Source: Cycas panzhihuaensis
Taxonomy: Eukaryota > Plantae > Cycadophyta
Assembly: GCA_023213395.1 (NCBI GenBank)
Contig: CM041465.1
Coordinates: 70,687,741-70,751,740, forward strand
DNA length: 64,000 nt
Direction: 5' to 3'
Shown here one piece after another: positions 28,149 to 41,900 of this stretch. Every line of letters starts with the position of its first letter. Positions within the stretch are counted from its first letter, which is position 1. A program made the translations under genes and the position numbers. The notes under the pieces were generated by a model. That model had not been told where the DNA came from. It made no database searches and was given only the letters and a program-made list of their open reading frames with translations.

Positions 28149-28664
28149 TGTTAGAATATTATTATATCTAATATTACCTTTTATATTACTTTATTAAATA
28201 GTCTTATTATTATAAGGTTCATTGAAAAAATGTAGTTATCTTTTCAACAAACCTCTCCATCTATTTATCTCTTCTTAGATGCTAGGAAGATGGTCCTAAT
28301 TGGTAATAATGGATGAAATACTAGTCTAAATGATCATGAGGTAGTTAGAATGGTTAGATTTGTTAGTTTGCAATAATGCTAGTTATGATTATAGAAGGCT
28401 GGAATACCTGTCTATATTAGAGATAGAGGATGAGATCCTCCTAAACTATGTAACATTTTCTTACTTATTAATTAATAAATATATCTATTTTGAGGTGGTT
28501 TTTTTATCCCCATTAGGGGGTTTTTCCACCTGTCCAATCTCTGTGTCATGTACATGGTTTATTTGTACTTTTTTAGATAAAATGTAAATTGTTATTTATT
28601 TGTTATAACTTTCCTGTTACAAAATGAAAATATTACAAATAGAAAATAATCCCTCTCTCCAACA
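28149..28664 (+). repeat. Copia A 3' LTR
   Basis: TGTTAGAAT...CAACA, after the PPT and followed by TSD GTAAC. Confidence 0.95.
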
Positions 28665-30095
28665 GTAACAATGTTCTTATAAGTTAGAGGTAGAGAAAAT
28701 TGTAATGACTTGATTACTACAAGAAATAAACTAGCCTTTTAAGTTATGTATAACATATATACTAATAGTTGAAAGATAGACAATATCATCCTAATGGATG
28801 TAAGGAGATGTTATGGATCCTTCCTCTAAGAGGATGTAGATAGATTAAAATGATCACCCATCATAGAGGATGCAAAGATTTAACTATCTCCACAAATGTA
28901 GAGAGAAGTAAAGGATCAATCGGAGCTATTTCTTGCAATCTAGGAGCTTCATAGCCATTACACTAATAATTAAGTGAAGATATATACTTATTACTTTCTA
29001 GATTAGTTTAGATTAGCTTACCTTAGTTTGTTTACATGTACATGCTCTTATTCTCTTGTTGGTTTGTTACATGAATGTGTTTATTTTTAGTCAATAATAA
29101 TTATGACCATGGTTGGTGGCTTTATGATTATCCAATTGCTTAATGAGTTAAAGAAAGGCCTCTTAGTACCTCTACGAGACATGTGCCATCCTTCTCTTCC
29201 TTTCGTGTATAGCATTAATATATCTTACCTTCTTGTTTGGACCTTTTTTCATTAAAAGCTTTTATTTTTTAATGTTTTTCTTATTTTGATCATCATGATT
29301 GTTATAATCTTACTTTGGTTTTTTATTTTGCTTTTGCAAAAATCCTATTTGTAGCCTACCATAAAATTTACTATAATACTATAAAGAACTATGTGGTACT
29401 AATTCTTTGACTTCAATTTTTTTTGGCCTATGGGAGGCCATGCATTTATGGTGCCTACCTACAGACCAACTTCCTTTTCCCATTAAAACCATAGGCTTCC
29501 CATGAGTTTGGTTTTAAAACCATGGCTAATTAATACCTCTAGCATTAATTTTTCCTAAAACCATGGGTAATTAGCCCATGGTATTCCTCTAACCTATGAG
29601 CCCAAAGCCATGGGCCTTAGCCCCTTCATCTTTCTATTTATACCCCCCCCCCCCTCCCCACCTTTCATTAGAAAGGGGAGGTCAATTTTTGAACTATTAT
29701 GCTATTAAAATCTATGTAGAAACCTCATAACTTTTAAATTTGATTAGTTGACTTCCACTCTTGGCTCAAGGCTTAAACACTTGATATTATTTGATCACTC
29801 TTTGACTAGAGTAGATTGTCACTAATGTCTCTCCTTCACTCAAAATAAGAAAAACATCTCCTATATTGCAAGGATTTTCATCCTTCATTTAAGGCTTTGT
29901 TTCTTTACTTTTTAGTATTAAATTATCCCCCTTTATGCTTGCTTTTATCTTGGTTTTAATCCTCCTATTCTTTATGATTCACTCTCTTTGACTGATAGTG
30001 TCTTATAGAATAAAGGATGGCCTATATTACTCATTTAGGTTTAGAAAATGGTGGTCAATCTTCCATTTCTAAGGCCCCTCTCTCAATCCGGAGAG

Positions 30096-30831
30096 GGGAG
30101 CATTTCTTCGAATTTGCGCCATCCTCGCAATAGCAAATAAATTCATCGCCACTCGAAGGGTTGTAACAGCATGTTCCTCCACTCGAATAACATTCCTTAC
30201 AACTTTGATTTTCATCAAAATTCAACATTACTTCAAATCCCCGTCGTAGCTGGGAAAGTAAATCGCTGGGCAAAGGGCTCGTTAAACTCCTGTTAATAGG
30301 CACTTGGCCATGTATTTTACACGCTGACTCACCCAAACCCTCCAATGGATCCAAAAAGTAGTACCAACTGCTATTGCAAGATAATTTGGAAAATGAGGAC
30401 CAGTTTGCTAAGGAATCGCAGAGGCTGAAAAAGGTTATGTTCTTGGCATATTGGTCAGAAATTGTAAAGGCAGTGGTGTTCGAGAGGTCAGTGAAATAAT
30501 CCGATGGGTTGCAATCTCCTTCGTCAGTCACATCCTTAACCATTGTAATGGGCCCATGGGAAGGAAACCCCAATTGCTTGGGCTACTGTATGCTGTAGTT
30601 ATTTCCACCGATAGGAAGTAGTGGAACATTGTCGACACAATACACCTGAAATTGTGGGTGACCACATCTATACTTCCCTATAACTCCAAAAGGATATGAG
30701 ATATTTGTATCACCACAGCTGGTATTCTGGGGGTAATACTCATAGGAAGAGTCTACACGGGAAATTGTGAGGGAGAGGGAGAGGGAGAGCGCGGAGAAGA
30801 TGATAGAGAAGTGGATCCGTGGGCGAGACGT
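30096..30831 (-). pseudogene. Exon-1-only pseudogene copy of the LRK10L kinase
   Basis: ~92% identical to 8124-8859. Start codon ATG>ACG (30829-31), CAG>TAG stop at 30583-85, first Cys>Tyr (EYYPQ). Truncated 3 nt before the exon 1 donor; no TM or kinase follows. Confidence 0.93.
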
Positions 30832-31614
30832 GGAGGGAGGTGGATGATAAACGAGAAGCTGTCTCTCAATCCGGAGAGGGGAGGGGAAGCATAGTTGTTG
30901 TGAATCACAGTCACTCAAAACAAATATTGCAGAATAACGCGGAATGGGGTTATGCGAAAGTGCTGGGTAATGAAGTTTCGGGGGAGGACACAGAAGGGAG
31001 TGACGTGAGGGAGACGACGTTGAATTCCATGGTCATAAAACAATTGACCCCACGTTACGTGGGCGCGCCCCTTTGGTCAACCTTTTTTGTGTGTATATAT
31101 ATTTTTTTATTAATAATTAATAAGTAATTAGCGACAACCACTCATGTGATTGCTTTATTATTTTTTGGGTTTTTCAGTATGTATATATATTTTCTTGTAG
31201 GAGGGTGATTATAGGTGTAAAGAATTAATGTTTGCTCTTAGTCATAAATTGGTAGAATGAAATTAATTAAAAAATAAATGAAATATAAAAATAATTAATA
31301 ATAGTAATTAAAATGAATAATTTATTTCATTTTGATTATAAATTAATTTAAAAAATTAATATTTATTATGTATTTTTAGTATTAATTATTTACTATTATA
31401 TATTTCTTATAAATTATATACTAGTAATTATTTAATATTTTTAATAATTATTTATTATTAATTATTTAGTATAAAAAATAATTAAGGGTTTAATGTGATA
31501 ATGGATTAACATGAGAAGAGATAGAAATTATATATTCAACACTTAGAGTAGTTAACTAGTCAACTTTGTCTTGCTTTGATTTTTCCATCTTTTGGTATTT
31601 AGAACAACTCACTT
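30096..31614. repeat. 1.5 kb segmental duplicate of 8124-9643 (exon 1, 5' UTR and promoter)
   Basis: Colinear alignment from GGGAGCATTTCTT to GAACAACTCACTT in both copies. Confidence 0.95.
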
Positions 31615-34600
31615 CCTGAGAGGCCATTGGCTTCCATTGATGTCATTCTTGTGGAGGGCACATCAACACCTATTCTCATCTTGGACACAAAATGGGAAAT
31701 GATTCTGACATCCATTCTTAAATGGGGTGTTATTCTCGAATAAAATCCTCCCCCCTTGAGGATCTTTCTCAATGCAATTAAACTCTGTTCAGTTGGTTGG
31801 ATGAATGTTTTGATTCTTAACTTACTTAATGGATAGTTTGAGCGTATCAACTCTTACTTGAAACATTAGAGGAATAGGAGGTTAAAGTTGCGATAAAAAT
31901 AAAGTCATCATCAACACAGTTGGCTTTAGAGGATGGTGAGCTAGTTAGGCAAAAAAGTTTTCTATCAAGAATTTTAGTCATAACCATAGTATTTGAAGGA
32001 GGGTGAATGACATAGAGAATCTGATTATTTATAGTTACACTCAAATCAAATCCATGAGAGACATGGGTGGATAGGGATAGTAGGTTTTGCTTTAAAGTTG
32101 AAATATATAAAACATCAACAAGGGTAAAATCTAGAAGGCCTAGGAGTTTTAGGCAAATGGTTCCAAGTCCATTGACTTACTGAGATAATTTTTTAGCCAT
32201 TTATATAACACCATGAACTTCATAGTTGAAATCTTGAAAGAACTAGTGATGGCAAGTCATATGTTGTGTTACTCTAATATCCACGATCTAAGATGAAGTA
32301 TTTAAGGTGGCATTATTGGCAACTCCAAGTGGTGGAGGAAACAATAAATAAGTATAACCACAATGACCCTCAATATACTAAGTGGATCTATCAATATCAT
32401 TTGATGAAGTGGCCATAATTCTTTGAAGGTATGCATAAGCAAATTATGTTATGCCAAAAGCATCTTCGAAAGTAGTATTATCAACATTATGTATACCATG
32501 GCACTATTAATATTTTGGTAGCTTATTAGTGCTAGTTTTATAATATTTGGCATAGTGTCATTTTCTGTGATACCTTTCACACATAATTATTTGATTTCCA
32601 ATTCCATAAGAATTTTTGGGCTGGCTAGATTATCTTTTATTATTAGATTTAGGTCTAGGTTGATTATTTTAGCCTTGGCCTTGAGACTATTTTTTTAGGT
32701 GTTGGGGAACCTGTTGTCCATGAGGATGTTGTTCTTGTTATCTATTTCTACCCTTTTCACAAGAATTACCACCTTTGCAAGAGGGTTAACCTTGATTTTT
32801 TGTATAAAAAATATCTTCTTCCACTTCAAAAGCAACATCGATAAAATTTGATGTAGTGGAAAAGTTGGTATCAAAGGTCTAATCAAATTTGATGAACTTA
32901 TCAATAAGATCCTTAAAGTTTAAGGTCTTTAAGGTGCTACTAGATTGAAGACTTCCTAGTAAATCTTTGTAGTTTGGGATATGAAGATATGACTAAAATA
33001 AGAAAGCTCATGTAATGCATTGAGTCTTGAAGTTTTTATCGATCGCTTGCTTGATAAGATGAAAAAGATTGATTATCTCACTTACGTGTCCTTTCTACAT
33101 TTTTAATTTATTCATCTTTAACACTAGGTGAATAAATTCCAAGTCTGATTTAATGTTAAAGTTCCTCTTCAAAACTTCAAAGACTTTCTATGTTGTATTA
33201 TGTATGACTTTATCAATGAGGTTATCTAGGGAATAAACAATTATAAGAAGTATCCCTACATAGATTTTATCATCATCAAGTTCCCATTAGTGTTTAACTA
33301 TAGTATCAGTGGGAGGAGTCAGAGTTCCTCTAGAGGTAGGTGTAGTAGTAATGACAGTAAAAATTGGTGTAAGTTATAGGTGATCTCTTCAAAGACCTTC
33401 ATATTTTGGAGTATTTCTAACACCAATGAACCACATGTCCAAATTTTCTTTTCTTTTAAGAATGTAATTCACATTTTGCTTAAACTATGAAGATATGGTA
33501 TCTTTTGAAAATGGAAGGAATAAATAAGGGACTATGAAAGTGATGGCAATAAATGACAAATCATTGTTTATCAATGGGAGATGCAATGAAGTAGTGTAGT
33601 AGAAGGAAGAATAAAGAAGTGAGAATGGTTGCTCAAAGATAAAAAGAGCAACTTAGAGAAAAGTTACCAACACTTATGATAAATATTAACCTAGCATAGT
33701 AGGAATATGAAAATACTATGATAAAATTGGCCACTAACACTTATAGTAGAATTATCTTAATGTAGAAAGAATGTAACACTATGAATGTGATTATACTATG
33801 GATCACTATTTGCAAATATGTAAGTGATCAATATATAAAATTATAAGCCAATGTAAAAACTAACATCATTGGGTGTATATAACTCTAAAACTCAAATGTA
33901 AGATGCATAATCAACCAAATAACCTCTAACTTATGTCTAATATGTAGTTGAGGTTACTGAAGGGATGTCTAAGCTTGTAGTGAAATTAAGTTGGCTTTCA
34001 CCTATGATACCCACAATTATGCTTAGTAGTAAAATCTAAGTTATAATAGAGCCTAGGTACTCCCAATCCTTATCTCATTTACCAATGAGTAACTATAGAC
34101 CTTCTCCAAAGAGTGGCATATACATACCCATGACTATAATGGATATTGAACTAGGTACATTTTAATCTTATATTAAGTTTTTAGTTTTCATAGTTAGTTA
34201 TCAGGATGATCCCTTATTGAGGCACAATGATATGGTTAATCAAGTCTCACCAATATTCTGGTTAAATCTAGTTCTAACTTGAAACTCAAACCATTTTTAT
34301 GGCATGATATTCTATAAACCACAGTATCTCAACCTTGGTGAGTATGTGTACAAGTACAAGATGATAGAAAATGACATAATCAATATGTTCCTTTTAGGGA
34401 GAGTGAAAAGATTATCATATTTGTATCAAACATATATATAACTGAAAATAGAGTGTTTGCTTAGAGTGCTGAAATAAAATGCTAAGAAGTGAGGTGAGAG
34501 GATTAGATATTATTCCAATCTAGGTATTTTTCACTCACTTTTACAGTGGGATTTAAAGCCTTAAAAAATGAATATATTTTTTTTTTTTTTTTAATTATTA

Positions 34601-35767
34601 AAAAAAAAAAGTCTTCACTAAAATAATAATAACTTTCTTCCACTGTAACAAAATTGAGTGTTACTTTTTATGCTAGAAACTAGACTCAGATTCACATATT
34701 TAAAAATTAGAATTAGGATAAAATAAGTTCTATAGAATTTTTGGCATCCCTATAAAGTGGACAAGATATATTTTTACAAAATTTTTGTTGAAAATAACCA
34801 TTATTCACTAAAATATTAATAACTTTCTCCTATGACAATGAAATTGAGTATTATTTTTTGCGTTGAAAACTAGACTTAGAGCTACATCTTAATAATTAGA
34901 TTCAATTTAATCGAGCTCTGTGAAATTTTTGGTAGACCTGTAAATTTGAATAAACATATTTTTACTTATGTAAAAAATCTAACTTACAAATATCTCATCA
35001 ATAAATGAAATTTCTATCATTTTTTTGTCACTAAGATCTCGATATAGGCAAGGTGAAAGTATATGATGATGGATATTATAAATGGCTCTATTTTTTTTTT
35101 TTTAAATGGGCAACACCTCCCCTTACAAATATTTTCCTTTATAAATCTACATGCTTGAAATTTTTTGACAACCTTTCCCCTTATTAAATAGACAAAAAGA
35201 GGGGAAAGGAAAGAAGGAATGGCTACCAAAGGATTGGAATCATTGAGCCTTATAATTCCTTATATTGTGCTCCCAAAACCTATAAAAGAGAAAGGAGGAA
35301 AAGCAAATAATACTAAATGTATGATGATGAAAACTTAGAAATTTTTCTAAATCCACTTAGACAATTTTGATTCACTATATGGATTATGGGGGAGAAGGAA
35401 GTGATGGCTCCATTGCAAGTGCAAGTGAGGAATAAAATGTAATTTAGCTCTGATACCACATGAAAGAAGTAGATCTAGTATTTATCTCTATATACTATAC
35501 ACAAAGTTGAACATTGGAGCAAGAGAGACTTGAGAGAAAAAGAGTAGCTCTCACAAAATGGGAAGGTAACAATGAGCCTCCTTCATTGAATTTTACTTTA
35601 TATTGATAAGGGAGTGCATTAGGATTAGGGTTTTTCCTAACGAGATGAAATTACACATAATGCACATAAAAGTTCATTTCACTTAAGTGATCTAATTTAA
35701 AGTTCACTTAATGCCCTTTTAGGAATAATAAACTAATGTAATGACCTTGTGGCATTAACTTGTTTCA
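31615..35767 (-). mobile_element. Copia J: 5' part (LTR, PBS, gag, protease) of a decayed element, truncated near 31615
   Basis: Perfect PBS reverse complement GCTCTGATACCA at 35447-58, next to an LTR-like TGAAAG...TTTCA (35461-35767). Decayed minus-strand gag ~33000-33500; protease-like IVDIRVTQHMT near 32280. Confidence 0.7.
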
Positions 35768-35789
35768 CTATAGACTTGTCTCAAATCTC

Positions 35790-35960
35790 ATGAAGATAAG
35801 TTTAAAATTAAAAGATCTAGATGTTAGAGACTAGATATATGGCTTATTATATAGGCAACTAGTTGATACTGATCTATTTGATTATAACTAGGCCTAATAT
35901 ATCCTTTATAGTTAGTATGGTGTTGAGATTTAAGGTAAATCCATTAGAAATATGATGAGC
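35790..35960 (+). mobile_element. Short Copia RT fragment
   Basis: LYRQLV..LIYL.ITRPNISFIVSMV.RF..NP motif, with a frameshift. Confidence 0.6.
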
Positions 35961-38900
35961 TTATATCCCCAACCAATTTTTATAAATAGTACCATGTATA
36001 TTTATTATTTATATTATAAAGAAATAATAATAGAGATAAATATATGTATTTTCCTTTTCATATCTTATTTTGTCTTTAATTTTCTAAGTATAAGAGATAA
36101 GAAAAGAATATAAAGAAAATTAATTTGCATATAATACATTATAGTTCTTTCAATAAAATAATTATTTCTTTAATACACAACTCAATATATATCTAAAAAT
36201 AATAAGCAATTATTATTAATTGAGTGAGGCATGCCTAATGGAGGTTCAAAAAACTTGTGCCTAAACTAGATTATTTCAACCTTTAGTAACATTGGATTTG
36301 GTAAACCATATAGAAATCAAACTCCTTATATCCTCAAATATCTCTCTAGGAATCCAATTGTGACTTTATAATCCCCTCAACTAGGAACTCAACCATGACT
36401 TTAGGATCCCAAAGCATGTTCTCCTCCCTCTTCCTTTCACATTATCTATAAATAGTACACAATCAACCCATAATAGATATGGTATAACCTTTCCTTAATT
36501 AATCATAACTTTTCACTTAATTAACTATACTTGAATAATATTTTTATACATTTTCTTTTATATTTTTTATAAAAGGGTAGTTTTCATTTTTTTCTTCTTT
36601 ACATTGTAGAAATTTTGGTATGTTGCATTTCTCCCCGTCTTAGCTTTAAGATGCCCCCAACTATTTCTACTTTATCTCTGTAAAAAATTAGGTCATCTCA
36701 AATTATCAGAATCTCATTACATTTATTATTATATGCAATTTTCTCATAGTAAGCCAAGAATTTAGATTCTACAATAGTATGACTTGAAGTAAATCAATGA
36801 CTTCTATATAATAATTTTAGTTATAGTTATACAAGAATCCTTCCTACTTATTTTTAATTTATATAAAAACTAAAATATATTATTTCAAAATTTATTCTCC
36901 CTTTAAATAATCTTGTATATGGAATATATTAGATTATACCTACAGTAGAAATATATTGCATAAATATATTGAAATATATGATTATTCTCATATATGTAAT
37001 GTTTATTATAAGGTCTAGTCTCATACAACCTCACATACAAAAGTATTAATAGATGTGGCATGCACACATATTCATATATACATCTTATTAGCTGATAAAA
37101 AGACCCAAAGGTATTATAGGCTATTCATGAGGTGACATAATTTATAAATATCTATATGTATCACTTGAGAAAGGATCAAGTTTAGAGATGTAATCATTTG
37201 AAGATATAATAAATTGGAGCTACTGAATCCAACCTTCTCATATGATTTTTAACATCTTAAGTTTTCCACATATAAATCTATTATCTTTTGTAATGTATAC
37301 TCATTATTTATTATGAAGATACTCATTACTTTATATTTATGATATTACTTAATATGTCGATCATACATTATATGATTTGTATATATAATCCTTATGATAT
37401 GATTAATTTATTATAATTAATTGATATACTTGTGCTATGAATGATAGATACTACCAAATTGATTAATAAGATTACTATTACAAATGTGTGTGCATATACA
37501 TTAAACTGAAAGTAGGAAACACAAATAAATATATCAAATATATGCAAATATCTTGTAAATAAGTATGATAGGTAAATTGATTACACGGTATATATAAATT
37601 TTTGTAGATCTTTTACATACACCAAAATTTATCATATAAATGAGAGGGATCATGCTTAATTTATAATCGTTTGAAATATGAATATAGAAATTTGATTGCC
37701 TAATATAAGAGGCTAATATTATTGGTCTATTTTTTAATAATTGGGTAGGCCTGACTATATTATAAATTATATTTGAATTATAAATAAGGATTTAAACCCA
37801 ATATTACATATGATATATAATAATATTACAAAGATATATAATGTATAATAACATATCAGAAATATATTACAAAGAGGTGTCATTAGTTATTTTAAAACCA
37901 TCCATTAATGATAGTTGTATTTATCAAGACATCAAGGTCATGTTGAAAGCATTTAAACTTTGGTCTCCTAAGTGCTTTGGTAAAGATAACTAGCACTTGG
38001 TCTTCAATCGATTAGTATACTAAGTTAACTTCTCCATTTTGTACATTCTCATGAATAAAGTGATGATTGATCTTTATGTGTTTGGTATAAATATAGAAGA
38101 TAAGATTCTTGGTCATCTTTAATACACTTTGATTGTTATAAATGAAAGTGGTGGCATGAGTTTGTTAAAGTCTAAGTTCAATAAGAATCCTACATATCCA
38201 AATTAACTCTATGGTGGCATGAATAGCTACTTTATATTCCACTTCCATAGAGGAGAGGGAAACACTTGATTATTTCTTACAGCTCCAAGAAATGATAGTT
38301 GAGTTTCTGTTAAAGTAATATCTAGAGGTTGAGTGATGTGAGTCTTGAAAACTAACCCAATTAATATCTGAAAATCCTTTTAGAATAGGATTATCAACTT
38401 AGTTGTAATCAAGATCAAATTGAGATATGACATAGATATATTTAAAGATTCTAATGGCATCCTTCTAATGAGATGCTTTCGGCTAGGACATATACCTAGA
38501 ATAGATTTGAACTGCATAATAGATGTCTAGTCGAGTGTGAGTGAGGTAAATCAAGATTCTAACCAATTTTTAGTATAAGGTAAGATTAAAGGGTTTTCCT
38601 TGTTCATCCAAATTTAGCTTAGTTCCTATTTCTATTGGTATTAGTGAAGGTTTGTAGTTACCCATTCTAAACTACTATAATAGTTCATTTGAGTACTTGG
38701 ATTATGATAAGAATACATGGATAGTTTTCTACCAAACTTTAATACTAGAGAAATATTGTAGCAACCCAAGATCTATCATCTTATAGTTGATTTTAAATTC
38801 ATATTAGAGACAAGCTATTCCTTTATCATCATTTCCGCTATAGCTAAATCATCTACATAGAGCACTTTGATAGTGATCAAGTTTCCTCTAATTTGAATAT

Positions 38901-41900
38901 ATAAGTCTAAATTAGAGGGTGAATGAGTGAATCCATGCTATATGAAAAGTCATCAATCTTAGTATACCAAGCATGTGGTGCCTACTTCAGTCTATATAAG
39001 GATTTATTAAGCTTGTAGACTAGGTTCTTTAGACCAAAGATACCGGGAGGTTGCTTTAAGGAAATCACTTCTATAAGCTCCCATTCAAGAAAGCACTTTT
39101 CACATCCATTTGGTACATAGGCCAGTTGAATTGAGCTATAAGTGACATAACTGAATGAAATATGGTCATGTTAGAAACTAGTCCAAAGGTTTCATCATAG
39201 TCAATCCCCTTTTGTTGTTTAAAACCTCTTATAACTAGGCACGATTTGTGATGTTCAATGGTGCCATTGATATAAAATTTTATCTTGTAAAGCCATCTAT
39301 AATTACTTAACTTCTTTCCAGGTGCTAGTTCTACTAGCCCTCGCATGTTATTCTTAAGAATAGAGTTTATCTCTTCATCTATTATAACTTTCCATATTTG
39401 GTCTTTGACTACCTCCTTAAATGTAGAAGACTTATAAGTCTTAAAGACAAGAGCCATTATAGAAAAGTTGGTGGAGTGTCTCATTTTAGACTCTCTTTTG
39501 GAAGTTATAGGAGGAGAAGTTGCATCCTTTATCAATTGTTATAACCATTTAGGAGATTTTCAAAAGCTAGTGACCTCCACCTAAAGATCATTAGGAGATA
39601 TAAGTGGCATTACTGTGGTAGCATCTAACGGTATGTTAAAGCTACTAGAATTGAAGGTGAACTTGTTGTATAAGAGGATGTGGGTGTTGGTGGCTCAAGA
39701 ATTGGTATAAGAGGCACCTCAAGTATCGACATCTTTATATATTACAAATTAAATTTGTGAAGGGTCAAAGTCTTGAGTATTTTGAGCAAATATGACATCT
39801 CTAGTGGTATATACCTAGTTTCTAATAATCTCATATACTTTATAGGCTTTATATCTAGGTGCATAGCTAATAAATATGCATTATAGGCTTTTATCATCTA
39901 GTTTCTTTCTATTATCCTTAGGAATGAATTTGTAGGTTATACAACTAAATGTCCTTAGGTGAGAAACTATAGGCTTTTGGCCTAACCAAGCCTCCTTATG
40001 AATGATATCTCTATCTACTACTATGGTACTTTTATTAGTCAGATAAGCAATAGTTGATATGGCTTTAACCCAAAACTAAGTAGCAAGGTTAGTAATACTC
40101 AACATGGCTTTTACCTTGTTCACCAATATTTGGTTCATTCTTTCTACTACATCATTTTGTTGAGATGTATGTGGGGCAAAAATTGAGCGTTTGATTCTAT
40201 ATTATTTATAAAAGTTAGTGAATTGATTAGATATGTACTCTCCTCCATTATTAAATGTAAGCACCTTGATGTTCATACCACTTTCATTTTCCACCTCATC
40301 CTTAAATACTTTAAACTTGACAAAGTCTTAAAATTTATTCCTAAGAAAGTAGACCCATACTTTTCTAGAATAGTCATCAATAAAGGTCATGAAAATAGAT
40401 TCACATTGAGTGAAAGAACTGATATGGGCCTACAAATATCTAAGTGGACTAATCCCAATGGTTATTAGGCTTGCCATACTATTTTTTATGGGAATCATTC
40501 TCTATGTTGCTTGCCAACTAAGCAAGCCTCATAAATACATCTATTTCTCCTAAGCTTTGGTAATCTATGCATCACATGTAGCTTATACATGAGGTTTAAA
40601 CTCTATCTATTTAGGTGACCAAGGCATCAGTGCCATAGTTAGTCCTTAGTACTATTAGAGGTGGATTTCTCTTTAGAATATGAGAATTCACGTTAAACTT
40701 AGTTAAGAGGTAGGTCTTCAACTATGATTGCTTTCCCCTTGTCAAGGTGATTATTTTATATTATGGAATAGTACTCTTGTGGTGGAGTAATAGTGAGGGG
40801 AACTCTATCAAGTTTGTATAATCCATTATCCTTATGTCATGTGACAACCAATTGACCTATGGCATGATTTGTAATTATGCAGATACTTTAGGTAAAGAGA
40901 ATATTTACGTTCTGTTTATTAATTTGACTAATTTATAATAGATTCATTTTCATATTAGGTACATGGAATATATTATTGATATATTGGCAGATGTTTTAAT
41001 CCTTTAGTATAATAGGGACTCGCCTAATCTTAGTCACATCATATATAATATTATCTCCAAATATTATAGTTTAGGCCCTTATTAGTTATGTCTCCTTAAA
41101 TAAGTCTTTCGTACTAATCATATGATGTATAGCACTAGAATTGATCAATTAAGAATTATCAAGATGTTGAGATGATAAGGTAATAAAGAATAAATTTTAA
41201 GAGGTAGATTGAGTATCATCCATATTGCCTTCTTGTAGTGAATTCTAATTATTCCTTAGGTTTCTTTCTTGGTACCTTTGTTTGTTTACTTGACACTAGT
41301 TCTAGTTCGCCTCTAGTTCTAGCTTTGTTAAAAGTTTGGGCCTCCTTATTACCTACTATGGTTCTAAAGTAGTTATATGTTAGCTTATCTTCTTCTACAA
41401 TCAACTACTAGGTGCCCATTTTACCACAAGACATGTAGGTGACATTTTATCTATGTTGTTGGTTTCTTGAAGGTTGAGATTGTTGTTGTTGTTATGGGTA
41501 TTATAGTTGTTGGGGCTATTGATATATAGTGTCAAACTATTGAGTATGAGGTTGTTGATAAGTTGGCTACTAACATGGTTATTAAGAGATATTTGAAGAG
41601 TTAAACTGATAAGTAAGGATTTACTAATAAGTTGATCGCTTACTTGGTTGTTAGGGTGGCTTGTTCCTTTTTGAAATCTTAATTGTAAATGCAAAGTAGT
41701 AAAAATGGATGCGAGTGGTTAGTGATTGAGTATATTGTCCTCCCGAGCAAGAGTCCTTCTAAAGTATTAAATTCTATTTTAGGAAAGGCATCATAAAGTT
41801 TAGATACAAAGCTATTATATTCTATAGAAAGGATATTAATGACACTTAACACTGAATCATGGTTAGAAGGGGGTTCATTAAGGATAATAAGTTATTTTCT

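Larger units (their letters stand above)
15032..28664 (+). mobile_element. Copia A: full-length decayed Ty1/Copia LTR retrotransposon, interrupted by Copia B
   Basis: LTRs 15032-15545 and 28149-28664 (~11% different by hand count); TSD GTAAC (15027-31 / 28665-69); PBS TAGTATCTAAGC at 15546; PPT at 28139-48. Gag ~17690-18600, protease WILDSGASH|HM, integrase (FIDDFSRK, PQQNGV), RT (HQMDAKSTFLNG, YVDD), RNaseH (RIKHIELHQHF). Confidence 0.95.

Noticed and set aside
15265-28587. Duplicated small hydrophobic ORFs (15265/28360 and 18928/24820) as peptide genes
   Set aside because: They lie in paired LTRs; the similarity is just LTR identity.
41401-41694. Asn/Gln-rich 97 aa ORF
   Set aside because: Low-complexity linker within the gag of Copia C.
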